Notes: generated by a model not told the origin, from the sequence alone. Positions 1 through 9,953 are shown, counted from the first letter of the stretch. The stretch is 64,000 nucleotides of DNA from an uncultured Gammaproteobacteria bacterium (GCA_963714975.1 CAVQQD010000001.1:96001-160000), one strand, 5' to 3'. A program made the numbers and translations.

Positions 1-78
1 CGTAGAAACGAGAACCTCATACTCGTGGCACAGCCACATGTATGGAATCTCCGGCATTTATGCCGGAGAGGATGTCAA
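1..78 (+). mobile_element. Right end of an IS200/IS605 element (tnpB stop, 3' part of omegaRNA scaffold, hairpin, terminal TCAA)
   Basis: Identical over 78 bp to 11927-12004; hairpin TCTCCGGCAT-TT-ATGCCGGAGA followed by TCAA; the flanks diverge right after TCAA. Confidence 0.92.
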
Positions 79-195
79 ATCCGACATCAACACTGAGGAT
101 TAATTCATGTTTAAAGGCGTTGATCCCAAAAACCTCCTGGGGGAATCTTGCGGGAGCTCTCCTTACCACAGTTTTAAACATGGGGGGTAAAAAAA

Positions 196-1035
196 ATGAA
201 AATTTGGACAGTCGATACATTTACCATTCAAGCTTATTCAGGTAATCCAGCTGCCGTTATGATTGTGGAAAATTTTCCAAAAGATAAACTATGCCAACAA
301 ATTGCGTCTGAGATGAATCTCTCTGAAACTGCTTTTGTTAAGCCATTAGCTCAAGATCATTTTCATATTCGATGGTTCACTCCAACGGTGGAGGTGAAAC
401 TCTGTGGTCACGCTACTTTAGCAGCTGCGCATATTTTGTATCAAAATAAGTTAGCGCAAGGAGATAAAATCCTCCTTGAATCTTTGAGTGGCCCACTTAG
501 TGTTTACAAAAATGCAGTAGCATTAACGCTTGATTTCCCTTTGCAACCCGTGAGCGCCAGCTTAGATAGGCATATTTTTGAAGGTATTATTGAGGGAAAT
601 ATCATTGCCGCAGCCAAGGCCTTAGATGACATTATACTGGAATTTCCGTCGGAAACTGCGGTAAGAAATTTTCATCCTATTATTGAAAAAATTAACACGA
701 TCGATTGTCGTGGATTGATTATCACGGCCGCAGCCGATCAAAAATACGACTTTGTTTCAAGATTTTTTGGGCCGCGCGTAGGAGTTTCAGAAGATCCGGT
801 AACTGGTTCCGCTCATTGTAAACTAGCGGATTATTGGCAGAAAAAATTAAATAAAACTGAATTTCTAGCCTATCAAGCATCTCCGCGAGGAGGTGAAATT
901 ACGCTTTCAATTCGAGGCAGTCGTGTTCTACTCACGGGAAATGCAGTCACTATTTTGGAGGCTAATTGGCTAGCTGCTCTATCTTCTACTGAGGAAGAAG
1001 CTGGAGAAACCAAGACTAATTCCAATATTTTCTAG
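196..1035 (+). CDS. PhzF family (diaminopimelate epimerase-like) isomerase
   Basis: Motifs GNPAAV, NLSETAF, RWFTPTVEVKLCGHATLA and EDPVTGSAHC. Confidence 0.93.
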   Translation: MKIWTVDTFTIQAYSGNPAAVMIVENFPKDKLCQQIASEMNLSETAFVKPLAQDHFHIRWFTPTVEVKLCGHATLAAAHILYQNKLAQGDKILLESLSGPLSVYKNAVALTLDFPLQPVSASLDRHIFEGIIEGNIIAAAKALDDIILEFPSETAVRNFHPIIEKINTIDCRGLIITAAADQKYDFVSRFFGPRVGVSEDPVTGSAHCKLADYWQKKLNKTEFLAYQASPRGGEITLSIRGSRVLLTGNAVTILEANWLAALSSTEEEAGETKTNSNIF

Positions 1036-1110
1036 ATATTTTTAGATTCATGCATTATGAAAATGCAAAGTGTTGCATTGGTTAAAATTACTGGGTTGGG
1101 GTGGACGAAT

Positions 1111-2754
1111 TTAACATAATGCATTGGTTAATTGTTGTAATTGGGTACCCAAAAATTCGGCATTTTCTGAATAATCTACTGGGACATCGATTAAATGCAC
1201 CCCGTGAGTTTCCAAGCAATAACTCAAGATAGTTTTCAGTTCGGCAGCTTTTGTTACACGGTGCCCATGCGCGCCATAGCTTTCTGCATATTTCACAAAA
1301 TCAGGATTATTAAAATCGAGACCATAATTAGGAAAATGCATGGCTTCTTGTTTCCACTTGATCATTCCATAACCGTTATCTCTCAGCAATAAAATCACAA
1401 TATGCATATTTAAACGCACCGCCGGCTCGAGTTGATGGGAATTCATCATAAAGCCACCGTCACCACAAACAGCGACCACTTGACGATGGGGGTGAACCAT
1501 TTTGGCCGCCATAGCCGAAGACAAACCAGCGCCCATGGTGGCTAATGCATTATCCAGCAGCACGGTATTGGGCATATATGCGGGATAATTGCGAGCGAAC
1601 CAAATCTTATACATACCATTATCCAGTGCGAGGATCCCATCGGCTGGCATCACTTCGCGCACGTCTTTGACCAATCTCGGCGGGAAAATAGGAAAACGTG
1701 GATCATCACTGCCATCATCAACATGACGAGCTACTTCAACTTTGACGCGATGGTAATAGCTAAAATCCCAAAATTCAGAAGGTTTTATCATGTGGGTTAA
1801 TCGTTCAATCGTCGAACCTAAATCGCCAATCACTTCTAAGTTAGGGAAATAAACATCATCGATTTGCGCTGGACTAAAATTCATGTGAATTACTTTGGCG
1901 CCATTATGACGCATGAAAAACGGTGGTTTCTCGACGATGTCATGGCCGATATTGATGATCAAATCTGCGCGATTAATAGCACAATGCAAGTAATCCTTGT
2001 CCGATAAGGCAGCGGTTCCCAAGTATAATTCGCTACGTTCATCAATGACGCCTTTGCCCATTTGCGTATCGAAAAAGGGGATGCCTGTTTTATCGAGCAA
2101 AGCGTTCAGCTGATCTGAAATAGAATTACGGCTCGCACTAGCGCCAATTAAAATTAAGGGCCGTATGGCTTGTTCAATCAGTTCACAGGCGTGCTTAATA
2201 GCTAACAGATCCGCGTCTGGGCGTAATACGACGTTAATTTCAAATAATGTTGTGTTGCAGTCTTCTCGTGCAATATCTTCTGGCAATTCTAAATGCACCG
2301 CACCGGGACGTTCTGTTTCAGCTTGGCGAAAAGCTTCACGAACCAAGTTGGGAATGGTATTGCCATTGACGATTTGTTTGGTCATTTTCGTCAAGGGGCG
2401 CATCATTTCGACGACATCAATAATTTGAAACTTACCTTGTTTGCTTTCTTTGATAGGTTTTTGCCCTGTGATCATCAGCATCGGCATGGCGCCGAGTTGC
2501 GCATGGGCTGCAGCTGTCACTAAATTAGTCGCCCCCGGTCCCAAAGTTGCTAAGCACACTCCAGTTTTACCCGTCAGCCTGCCGTAAGTAGCCGCCATGA
2601 AGCCGGCCGCTTGTTCGTGACGCAGCACAATTAATTGAATGCTGGAAGTACGAATGGATTCCAGCAAATCCAAATTTTCTTCACCGGGCACCGCAAAAAT
2701 ATGCTGCACGCCTTCGTTAACTAATGCTTGTATAAATACATCCGAGGCTTTCAT
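1111..2754 (-). CDS. Acetolactate synthase large subunit / ThDP-dependent enzyme
   Basis: Motifs PGEENL, RHEQAAGFMA, TLGPGATN and the ThDP motif GDGGFMMN...DNGYG. Confidence 0.92.
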   Translation of the reverse strand: MKASDVFIQALVNEGVQHIFAVPGEENLDLLESIRTSSIQLIVLRHEQAAGFMAATYGRLTGKTGVCLATLGPGATNLVTAAAHAQLGAMPMLMITGQKPIKESKQGKFQIIDVVEMMRPLTKMTKQIVNGNTIPNLVREAFRQAETERPGAVHLELPEDIAREDCNTTLFEINVVLRPDADLLAIKHACELIEQAIRPLILIGASASRNSISDQLNALLDKTGIPFFDTQMGKGVIDERSELYLGTAALSDKDYLHCAINRADLIINIGHDIVEKPPFFMRHNGAKVIHMNFSPAQIDDVYFPNLEVIGDLGSTIERLTHMIKPSEFWDFSYYHRVKVEVARHVDDGSDDPRFPIFPPRLVKDVREVMPADGILALDNGMYKIWFARNYPAYMPNTVLLDNALATMGAGLSSAMAAKMVHPHRQVVAVCGDGGFMMNSHQLEPAVRLNMHIVILLLRDNGYGMIKWKQEAMHFPNYGLDFNNPDFVKYAESYGAHGHRVTKAAELKTILSYCLETHGVHLIDVPVDYSENAEFLGTQLQQLTNALC

Positions 2755-2764
2755 TGCTCACTCC

Positions 2765-2784
2765 AGCATTAAGGAAACATTAAG
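2765..2784 (-). promoter_or_regulatory. PmrA-type tandem box CTTAATGTT-TC-CTTAATGCT directly upstream of the acetolactate synthase RBS
   Basis: Near-perfect match to the Legionella/Coxiella PmrA consensus cTTAATatT-N2-cTTAATatT. Confidence 0.65.
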
Positions 2785-2824
2785 ATAACATATTGATAGA
2801 ATAAAACACAAACCGTATAGGAAA

Positions 2825-3622
2825 TCACGGCAGGGGAAGGGGTGTCTGCCCCGGCAAAGCGATACTTGCCAAAGTTGAAGTCGAGGAAGCGGAAGAGGAA
2901 GAGGAAGAACTAAAATGGGATTGTCCTGTAGTGGAAGGAGCCAATGGGACCCCCATAAGCTCCCTGAGATTTGATGGAATATAGTTTTTTAACCTGTTGC
3001 AGCATTGTGGATCTTTTGCCTGGGCTGCACTAAGCACAATTCCCATCACTTCTTGAGCCAATATGATTTCCGTACAGTTACTTATTTTCTCAATGAGCTT
3101 CTGTGCCTGTTTCGGATGACTTGTTTCCAAACTTATCAAAGATTCTGGAATAGCATCAGAATATTCGCGCAAGACATCCCGCACTGTGGATAAGTAAGAT
3201 TCCAAAAAAAATTCTGTTTTAGAAAAACCATATAAAGTGGCTTCAACTGCCCGCTGGGGATATTGCCCAGCCAGTTCCCGCCAATCCCCGTCTTTTTGGT
3301 GCAATACTTCACATATCTGCGGTAAAAAATCAATATGGACCGTGCCAAGCAACTGTACACGCGTCTCATCCTGTTGCTTACTCACGACCTCCACAAAATG
3401 CTGTTCTGCTTCTATTACCATACTCGGCTGCCTACCCTCTTTACCTAACCCCCACAAAAAAAGACCGGCATGAGACAACTCATCTGACAAGAAATTTGAA
3501 AGCCATAACTTTAACAGCGCCGCATTAAGCTTATCGCTATAGTGCTGATTTAAAATTTGCAAGCTCAAAAAAAACTTAGGAAGATTCTTTAAACTCTTCG
3601 CTTCATTCAAACCCCCTTGCAA
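2825..3622 (-). CDS. C-terminal part of a large helical-repeat effector-like protein with a Ser-rich tail (probably one gene with 3648-6335)
   Basis: Shares the H-x-DFLP repeat with the upstream ORF; its frame stays open back to about 3675, overlapping the upstream stop. Confidence 0.65.
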   Translation of the reverse strand: MQGGLNEAKSLKNLPKFFLSLQILNQHYSDKLNAALLKLWLSNFLSDELSHAGLFLWGLGKEGRQPSMVIEAEQHFVEVVSKQQDETRVQLLGTVHIDFLPQICEVLHQKDGDWRELAGQYPQRAVEATLYGFSKTEFFLESYLSTVRDVLREYSDAIPESLISLETSHPKQAQKLIEKISNCTEIILAQEVMGIVLSAAQAKDPQCCNRLKNYIPSNLRELMGVPLAPSTTGQSHFSSSSSSSASSTSTLASIALPGQTPLPLP

Positions 3623-3647
3623 AAAAATGCTTAATCGGTCTGGAGAA

Positions 3648-6335
3648 TTATAAGAATCCTTCTCCTGCTGTGTCTCCTAAACAATATAATTCCGCCGTTA
3701 CATAAGCTGAGCCAGATAAACCGGGAGAACCCATTTGCGCCAGACTCTTTGAGTAAAAATTTGTCCAAGTATCCTGTTTCTTCTGCAGCTTAGCAACTAT
3801 GGGTAGAAAATCGGGATGGGCTGGGGCAATCATGTCATACCAATTAAAAGAAGAGTACTTAGTACGCACTTCATCATCTAGTCTTGCCTCGAATAGACCG
3901 CAGGCCCGTGCTCGAAGCTGCTGATAGAGTGTCGCATCGTGCTTTTGCAAGGCATTGCGAATTCCCTCACTGCTCTCACCCCAATTGGCTAAAATTTCTG
4001 CCGCGTTCCGGGGTTGTAATTCAAATAAAAAAATAGCCACCGGCTCAAGGTTCTGTGACGTTTTCACTAAATTTTTTAGAAATTCTACGGTTTTTTCCAC
4101 ATCTCTTTGATGATATGGACATGGATGCAAAGCATTGCGCTCAAATAATGGCGCTATTTCTCTTGGATGTTTTACTATTGCTCTTTTTATCACTGCTTGA
4201 AACATGCTTTCTCTAAAACCAAGAGCGCCGGTATTGACTGCCGCAATTATATTTCCTAGCCGCTCGGGATGGTAAACAAGTAATTGCTTTATCGCTAAAT
4301 CAGTAATAGAAATTTTTGAAGCCCGCGAAACTTTTTCATCGTCTAAGGTAAATAATTGCTTCAGGCTTTTGCACTGTGCTTGAGTTAAATTGGGGCTTGG
4401 ACTGCTTCCTAGGTTATACAGAATCACTTCTATAAAACGTTGAGGGGCCTTCTGCAAACCTGACTGTTGTATTTTGTTATCTGCGAAGGCTCGAGCCACC
4501 TGAGGCAAAAAATCCATATGTGCAGAAGCAAGCCATGAGCTATTACCGCTGAGAGATTTGGATTCTGAAACTCTTTGCTGAAACATGGCCCGCGCCTCAG
4601 CCAATAGTGCTAAACCCTCAGGACCTGCTTCTCTTAAGCATTCATGAATACGCTCACTATTCTTGCCCCAAAAAACCAAAAATGTCGCTGCTTTTAAATA
4701 CTGAGATTCACCGTGCGATCGGCGTCGGTAAGCGAGCAGCAACCGAGCTACTGCCTGCTCATAGGCTCCACTCGTATGCTGAGACAGTTCTTTTAGCACA
4801 GAACACAATGCTCCGAAATTTTCCTCAGCCTCCTGCGGATTATCAGTACGCAGCGCTATACAGAATAAACTTACCGCTTGGTCAGGGTGACCTACTATTA
4901 ATCTTGCCAAAGCCTCCTGGCGATTTTCTAGTTCTTCACTAGGCTGTAAATAGCAACGAAGTTCCTCATGAGCCTGCTCATAAGGATAAAAGCTCAATCG
5001 ATACCATTCAATTTTAAACGCAGTAACAGCCTCTCTTGGTATTTTAGTCTGCGAAGATTTCGATTCTGCAGCTTTTAAAGCTTCTATGTCGGCCTCGGTG
5101 GCGAGGTTTGACACCGTGGGCAATAACATTGACGACGCATTCGCCAAGCGCTTTAGCCTATCGTCACTACCAGAGGCATCAGCAGCGAGCTTCTGACGCA
5201 GCCAGTTGGAGCTGAGGCGATGCAAGCTAACATAGTGGTCTGGGTCTAGTCGTTCTAATTGTCCACGAATGACTCCATTGTCGGAATTGCCAAACTCTAA
5301 TTCACCCATAAGCTCAACTGCTAAGTCAGTATTCTCTTTGCTTAGATGGAGTAAAAACTGGGCTGCAATGGCAGGGCCATGATTTTTTCTTAAATCCTCC
5401 AGCACACTAACCAGATGGTCAATGGTACCTCGGTTTTCTACACAGCTGCGACACCAAAATTGAGCAAGTGCTTGAGGTTCTTGGTAAATTAGGCTGACTA
5501 AGCTCTGCATTAATCCCATTGTTTCTGCAATGCTTTGGACTTTCTGTTGTTTATTGGTTTGATTTTTCCAATATTCCCAGCTGGTTTTTGCCAATAATGC
5601 AAGCATAGCCAATAACAACACAGACCCCAGGATCTCTAACGTCAGTACCCCATTGTCACTTTCCAGGACATCAGAAAATTGGTGTAAAGAAGCTGTCCCT
5701 ACGATGAGGAGAGTCGCTAAAATTGCATACTTCGCCTTGTTATTCCCAAGGTGTTTACTCAGCCAAGATCTTTGTTGCTCTAAAAGCAGTTCATTTTGTT
5801 GGCGCAAAGTCGCAACGTCGAGTTGCTTTGAATTTATATCCTCCTTTTTGTCCTCTTTAGTATCAAGGAGGGGCAGGTCAGGGACTATCGGTCTCACAGA
5901 TAGAGGTGCCGAGAAGGGAAAGGTGGGGACTGTTGTTGTACCAAAAGCGGCCGATTTACACCGGGATAAATAATCGGCAATTATATCCAATCTAGACTTG
6001 AAGGAGGCTATTTCCTCCCTCATCCGCTGATATTCTGGCTCATACTCGGTTTGAAATCCCTCGTTAAATTCGTCGAGTAACTGCTGAACATCCTTAAAGC
6101 GATTAGTAACTAAATCAGCAGCTACGCCAGAGCTTAAGCGCACAGATTTTTCAAGGTCGTCAAGTTTGCGGATAAGAACTTTCCAGGTTCCGAGGTAATC
6201 AAATATTGTTAGCTTGGTTTCTTTTATTTCAAACTCTAACTGAATTGGAGGGCTTTCCTTAGAATAATCATCAAACAGTCTCCACGGGGTTTGCTGAAAT
6301 ATCAGCTGAAATATCATCAGTCCAGACATTGCCAT
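3648..6335 (-). CDS. Large hypothetical protein with coiled coil, two adjacent TM segments and helical repeats (candidate effector)
   Basis: 895-aa ORF; paired hydrophobic segments at about aa 203-250; no recognisable enzyme motif. Confidence 0.75.
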   Translation of the reverse strand: MAMSGLMIFQLIFQQTPWRLFDDYSKESPPIQLEFEIKETKLTIFDYLGTWKVLIRKLDDLEKSVRLSSGVAADLVTNRFKDVQQLLDEFNEGFQTEYEPEYQRMREEIASFKSRLDIIADYLSRCKSAAFGTTTVPTFPFSAPLSVRPIVPDLPLLDTKEDKKEDINSKQLDVATLRQQNELLLEQQRSWLSKHLGNNKAKYAILATLLIVGTASLHQFSDVLESDNGVLTLEILGSVLLLAMLALLAKTSWEYWKNQTNKQQKVQSIAETMGLMQSLVSLIYQEPQALAQFWCRSCVENRGTIDHLVSVLEDLRKNHGPAIAAQFLLHLSKENTDLAVELMGELEFGNSDNGVIRGQLERLDPDHYVSLHRLSSNWLRQKLAADASGSDDRLKRLANASSMLLPTVSNLATEADIEALKAAESKSSQTKIPREAVTAFKIEWYRLSFYPYEQAHEELRCYLQPSEELENRQEALARLIVGHPDQAVSLFCIALRTDNPQEAEENFGALCSVLKELSQHTSGAYEQAVARLLLAYRRRSHGESQYLKAATFLVFWGKNSERIHECLREAGPEGLALLAEARAMFQQRVSESKSLSGNSSWLASAHMDFLPQVARAFADNKIQQSGLQKAPQRFIEVILYNLGSSPSPNLTQAQCKSLKQLFTLDDEKVSRASKISITDLAIKQLLVYHPERLGNIIAAVNTGALGFRESMFQAVIKRAIVKHPREIAPLFERNALHPCPYHQRDVEKTVEFLKNLVKTSQNLEPVAIFLFELQPRNAAEILANWGESSEGIRNALQKHDATLYQQLRARACGLFEARLDDEVRTKYSSFNWYDMIAPAHPDFLPIVAKLQKKQDTWTNFYSKSLAQMGSPGLSGSAYVTAELYCLGDTAGEGFL

Positions 6336-6424
6336 TTTCTTGGCCCTCTTCTTTAAACTCCATAGACCATAACCTCATTATGTTAATTGCCCGAACTCAT
6401 ACCGTTATCTTGGCATTAAACCAC

Positions 6425-6580
6425 AGTTTTCTTAAGAAATTATTTTGACTTCCTCCCCGCCCTAAAGGGCGAGGATTCCTACTGCGGTTACGCAACCTGT
6501 GCGCAACTCGCTTCGGTGGGTTCTTGCTTCCTCGAGCGACCTGACTGCGTCTTCTCTCCACAAGCTAGCAAGCGGTGCCC
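6425..6580 (-). ncRNA. Predicted omegaRNA (reRNA) of this TnpB; guide from flank AATAATTTCTTAAGAAAACT
   Basis: TnpB omegaRNAs overlap the 3' end of tnpB and the right end; this same segment is retained in the copy at 24398. The 5' boundary is approximate. Confidence 0.65.
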
Positions 6581-7696
6581 CCGCTCTAAAATATTGATCG
6601 CGCCAACCACATCGGCATGGTGGCTATAGCCACAACGCACGCACGCAAACTCAGCTTGCGTTTTGCGATTGTCTGCACAAACGTGCTGACAGGCAGGACA
6701 GGTTCGACTGGTATTTTTCGGATCCACCGCCAGAAAAATGCCACCGTTCCACTCAAGCTTATAAGCTAACTGGCGTCGAAATTCGCCCCAACCCTGATCC
6801 AGTATGGCGCGATTTAAACCTGCCTTTTGTCTGACCTGGCGACCGTGCTGCTCACAATTGCCTTTGGCAGATTTCGACATGGCAGCTATCTGCAAATCCT
6901 CAACACAGACGAGCGCGTGGTTTTTGCTGATCGCGGTGCTGGTTTTGTGCAGAAAATCTTGTCTGACATTGGCAATTGTGTTGTGAGTCTTTTGAACCCG
7001 CTTTTGGGCTTTGATCCAATTACGACTAAATTTTTTCTTACGCTTCAAGCGACGTTGATAATGCACAAGGCGTGCTTGATGTTTTTTGAAGCTATTCATG
7101 GGTTCGACATAGGTTCCATCACTCATCGTAGCAAAACGTGTAATACCCATATCAATACCCACTGGGGTAGTAGCTGTTGGCAAGGGTTGACTCTCTTCAC
7201 GCTCGGTCTGCACTGATACAAACCACAAGCCATTGCATTGCTTAACGATGACGTTTTTAATTTTCCCTACTACATCGCGACTGTTGCGATAGCGTATCCA
7301 TCCCAATTTTGGCAGAAAAATACGGTTATTATCTTGATCCAGCTTAAACCCTTGTGGAAAACGAAAACTAGCTGATGAGTGAGCTTTTTTCTTGAATTTG
7401 GGGAAAGCAGCACGGTGGGCGAAGAAGTTTTTAAATGCGCGATCAAGGTCTTTAGTGACTTGTTGCAAGGTTTGGGAAGGCGATTGTTGCAGGTAGGGCA
7501 TTTCTTTTTTCCATACTAACAACCAGTGATTCATACCAAAGCTATGGGTAAACGGTTTGTTTTCGGCATAGAGCTCTTGTTGACGCGCTAATGCTAAATT
7601 CCAAACCTTACGTGCATTACCCGCAAACTGACTCATCGCGCGTTTTTGCGCACCATTCGGCTCAATACGGAATTTAAATGCTTTCTGGATTTTCAT
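6488..7696 (-). CDS. tnpB: RNA-guided endonuclease TnpB
   Basis: N-terminal HTH; RuvC motifs VGIDMG, VEDL and [10 protein letters not shown]; zinc finger CPAC...CVRC. Confidence 0.96.
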   Translation of the reverse strand: MKIQKAFKFRIEPNGAQKRAMSQFAGNARKVWNLALARQQELYAENKPFTHSFGMNHWLLVWKKEMPYLQQSPSQTLQQVTKDLDRAFKNFFAHRAAFPKFKKKAHSSASFRFPQGFKLDQDNNRIFLPKLGWIRYRNSRDVVGKIKNVIVKQCNGLWFVSVQTEREESQPLPTATTPVGIDMGITRFATMSDGTYVEPMNSFKKHQARLVHYQRRLKRKKKFSRNWIKAQKRVQKTHNTIANVRQDFLHKTSTAISKNHALVCVEDLQIAAMSKSAKGNCEQHGRQVRQKAGLNRAILDQGWGEFRRQLAYKLEWNGGIFLAVDPKNTSRTCPACQHVCADNRKTQAEFACVRCGYSHHADVVGAINILERGHRLLACGEKTQSGRSRKQEPTEASCAQVA

Positions 7697-7717
7697 GCGA
7701 CTATTATATTCTGGTCT

Positions 7718-7799
7718 ATGCCAAACTCAATACAGTAAGGAGCGAATCCAAAACGGCTAGACACTACAGTACATTGAGCAGCAACCAAAACCCAAATAA
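7718..7799 (+). pseudogene. tnpA: tnpA vestige: start codon region plus C-terminal QYIEQQPKPK*
   Basis: Divergent from tnpB as in the 10247 element; retains the Y1 catalytic YIEQQ coding sequence. Confidence 0.7.
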
Positions 7800-7979
7800 T
7801 CGAAGGAGTGCCTTACATCCCCGCCATGAATGACGGGGTCTTACGGCACGATGGACAAGGCAAAATAATAGTTTAAGTGGAGTGAGAAAGTACAAAAAGC
7901 TGTTTTGCGCGAACACACGATAAGCTAAAATGGTTGCAACCATGATGAAAATCTCCGGTTAAGATTTTTGTTGTGGCCA

Positions 7980-8013
7980 GCAGTCGGCGAGGTGTTGAGA
8001 CCTCGTCGATTGC
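7980..8013. other. Strong intergenic hairpin GCAGTCGGCGAGG-tgttgaga-CCTCGTCGATTGC
   Basis: 13-bp stem with G-U pairs; no U-tract follows. Confidence 0.45.
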
Positions 8014-8083
8014 GCTTGAGTATTATCATCAGACTTTCTTAACAATGCAATACCTTATTTAATTTTTTTATGTAATTTTAAAT

Positions 8084-8605
8084 TTGACAAAGACTGAAAG
8101 GAGCTTAAAGATGGATAAGCGTAGTGAAAAAAAATCATCACAAAATGCTAACGTGGCTTTTTGGATTAATACGATGTCTGGTATTCACCGTTTTCCTTTC
8201 CCATCACATGGTTTCTTTACTACGATTAAGGCACAAAAACCTGTCAAATCTTCTGACATAGCTCCCAAAAAAAAAGAATTGAAGGAAGCTGTAAAAAAAC
8301 GGGAAGAATCCTCGTTTGTGATTTTAAAAAATGGTGCTGAACATCCAAAATCTATTGTGATATTACTTGCCAACACGTTGACTACTTTAGCTCAAAAAGA
8401 GCCATTTATTTTTTACGAATTAGTACAAAAATGCCGAGATCCCAACTATAAAGTTTGGCGAGATCCACTAAAAAGACTCAAAGAGCTAAATTTTATCGAT
8501 TCTAATGATGAAATACATGATATTACAAAAGACATTCTTTTATCATCAGTTACAGGAAAAGATGAGGAAATGAATATAGGGGATCCGATAGCTAGAGGGC
8601 CTTAA
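8084..8605 (+). CDS. Hypothetical Lys-rich protein (probable start ATG at 8111)
   Basis: 173-codon ORF in AT-rich DNA; GGAG precedes the ATG at 8111. Confidence 0.6.
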   Translation: MTKTERSLKMDKRSEKKSSQNANVAFWINTMSGIHRFPFPSHGFFTTIKAQKPVKSSDIAPKKKELKEAVKKREESSFVILKNGAEHPKSIVILLANTLTTLAQKEPFIFYELVQKCRDPNYKVWRDPLKRLKELNFIDSNDEIHDITKDILLSSVTGKDEEMNIGDPIARGP

Positions 8606-8629
8606 TTAAGCCCAAGAATGTTATTTTCC

Positions 8630-9373
8630 TCATTTTACAGCAGTGGCTATAAAAGTTATATGATCACTTCCATTCAAAAAACGAGTGATACGCTTGATAT
8701 TTTTAAAGCCGAATTTCTCTAAAAGTAATGCCATTTCAAATTCGTAATACCACATTATGTTCATTTGCTCATCTTCTTCTGCAATAATTTTATTATTTGA
8801 ATACTTAGTGTAATGTGTTTTGGAAAGCATATGCTGCTTAAATTTATCGGCTGTAGTATGGTTTTGGATTTCTATCCATTCTCCCGAAGGAAGTACAGTT
8901 TTGCGAGTACTGATATCTACCTCACCATTGTCGTATAGGGCTTCCCACGGCACAAAGGTATCTATGATTAGCTTGCCGCCAAGAGTCAACATCTCATTAA
9001 ATTTTTCTAATGCGGTCTCAGCATTTTCGCGAGGATAGAGCAATTGAAAAGAGCCAAATGGAATAATAATACCTTGATATTTCTGTGGCGTTGACCAATA
9101 CTCAATAGCACCCTGATATAATACAGCATTTAGGTGTAATTCTTGTGCACGTTGCCTGCAATGATTCAGCATAACCAAGGAACTATCCAGTCCGTGAACC
9201 TGATAACCGAGCTGTAACAATGGAATTAGCAGCCTTCCAGAGCCGCACATAGGCTCAAATAATAAATCCTTATAGGTAAATATCTCTTGATAGAGCTGCA
9301 GTTCCTCAGCTGAAGCAAATTTTTTATCTGCATCATAGAATTCAGCACAAAGCTGGCCATACATCATAACCAT
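8630..9373 (-). CDS. Class I SAM-dependent methyltransferase
   Basis: Motif I EPMCGSGRLL, GLDSS and GGKLIID. Confidence 0.9.
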   Translation of the reverse strand: MVMMYGQLCAEFYDADKKFASAEELQLYQEIFTYKDLLFEPMCGSGRLLIPLLQLGYQVHGLDSSLVMLNHCRQRAQELHLNAVLYQGAIEYWSTPQKYQGIIIPFGSFQLLYPRENAETALEKFNEMLTLGGKLIIDTFVPWEALYDNGEVDISTRKTVLPSGEWIEIQNHTTADKFKQHMLSKTHYTKYSNNKIIAEEDEQMNIMWYYEFEMALLLEKFGFKNIKRITRFLNGSDHITFIATAVK

Positions 9374-9660
9374 CTGCTATTAAAAATGTAAACGAATATA
9401 CTCACCATACCGATAACCTGATCAGATAGCCGCTGCTTCTTAGCCTTAGCATCGGGCACCTCTACTTGAATGGCAACAAACCAGCGATCTGCTGTTCGTG
9501 ATACGGTGGCTCCTAATATCTTTCCTTCAAAACGGAGGGCTTCCGTCATTTTAACCCAGCCTATTTTAGGTAGGCGGATGGATTTTTCAGCTGCGGCTTT
9601 TTGAAAATATTCTTTTTGTGGTACTGTCGGATTGAGCGCAATTTTATGGGTCAATTGCAT
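9364..9660 (-). pseudogene. tnpB: IS607-type tnpB remnant (internally deleted, truncated)
   Basis: HKIALNPT...YFQKAA fused directly to IRLPKIGWV...ATVSRTADRWFV; RuvC absent. Confidence 0.8.
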
Positions 9661-9953
9661 TTGACCTCCTGTTTTAATGCCTCATTTAATTTTTTACGAT
9701 AATTTCTTAATCCGTATAATCGGGAAGAAAAACAATGCACAATGGTCATTAAATCTTGCACCATTTCTTGTTCTGGGGATAGCCTCTCTTGATTTAATAC
9801 CATAATCTCACACCAAAACGATTTAGCAAAATGTTCAAACCATTCAAAGCCAAATCGTGTTAGTCTATCACGATGTGCAAGAATTAATATCTTAACTTCT
9901 CTTCTTCCTATTTCATCCATTAACATTAAAAATTTTTTATGTAAACCACTCAT
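9651..9953 (-). pseudogene. tnpA: IS607 serine-recombinase TnpA, C-terminal fragment
   Basis: HRDRLTRFGF and ELVQDL-like EMVQDLMTIVHCFSSRLYGLR motifs; overlaps the tnpB remnant start. Confidence 0.88.

Larger units (their letters stand above)
6445..7854 (-). mobile_element. Non-autonomous IS200/IS605 element (tnpB intact, tnpA deleted)
   Basis: Left-end hairpin GTGCCGTAAGACCCCGTCATTCATGGCGGGGATGTAAGGCAC (about 7808-7849); right-end hairpin ending TCAA at 6445. Confidence 0.88.
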
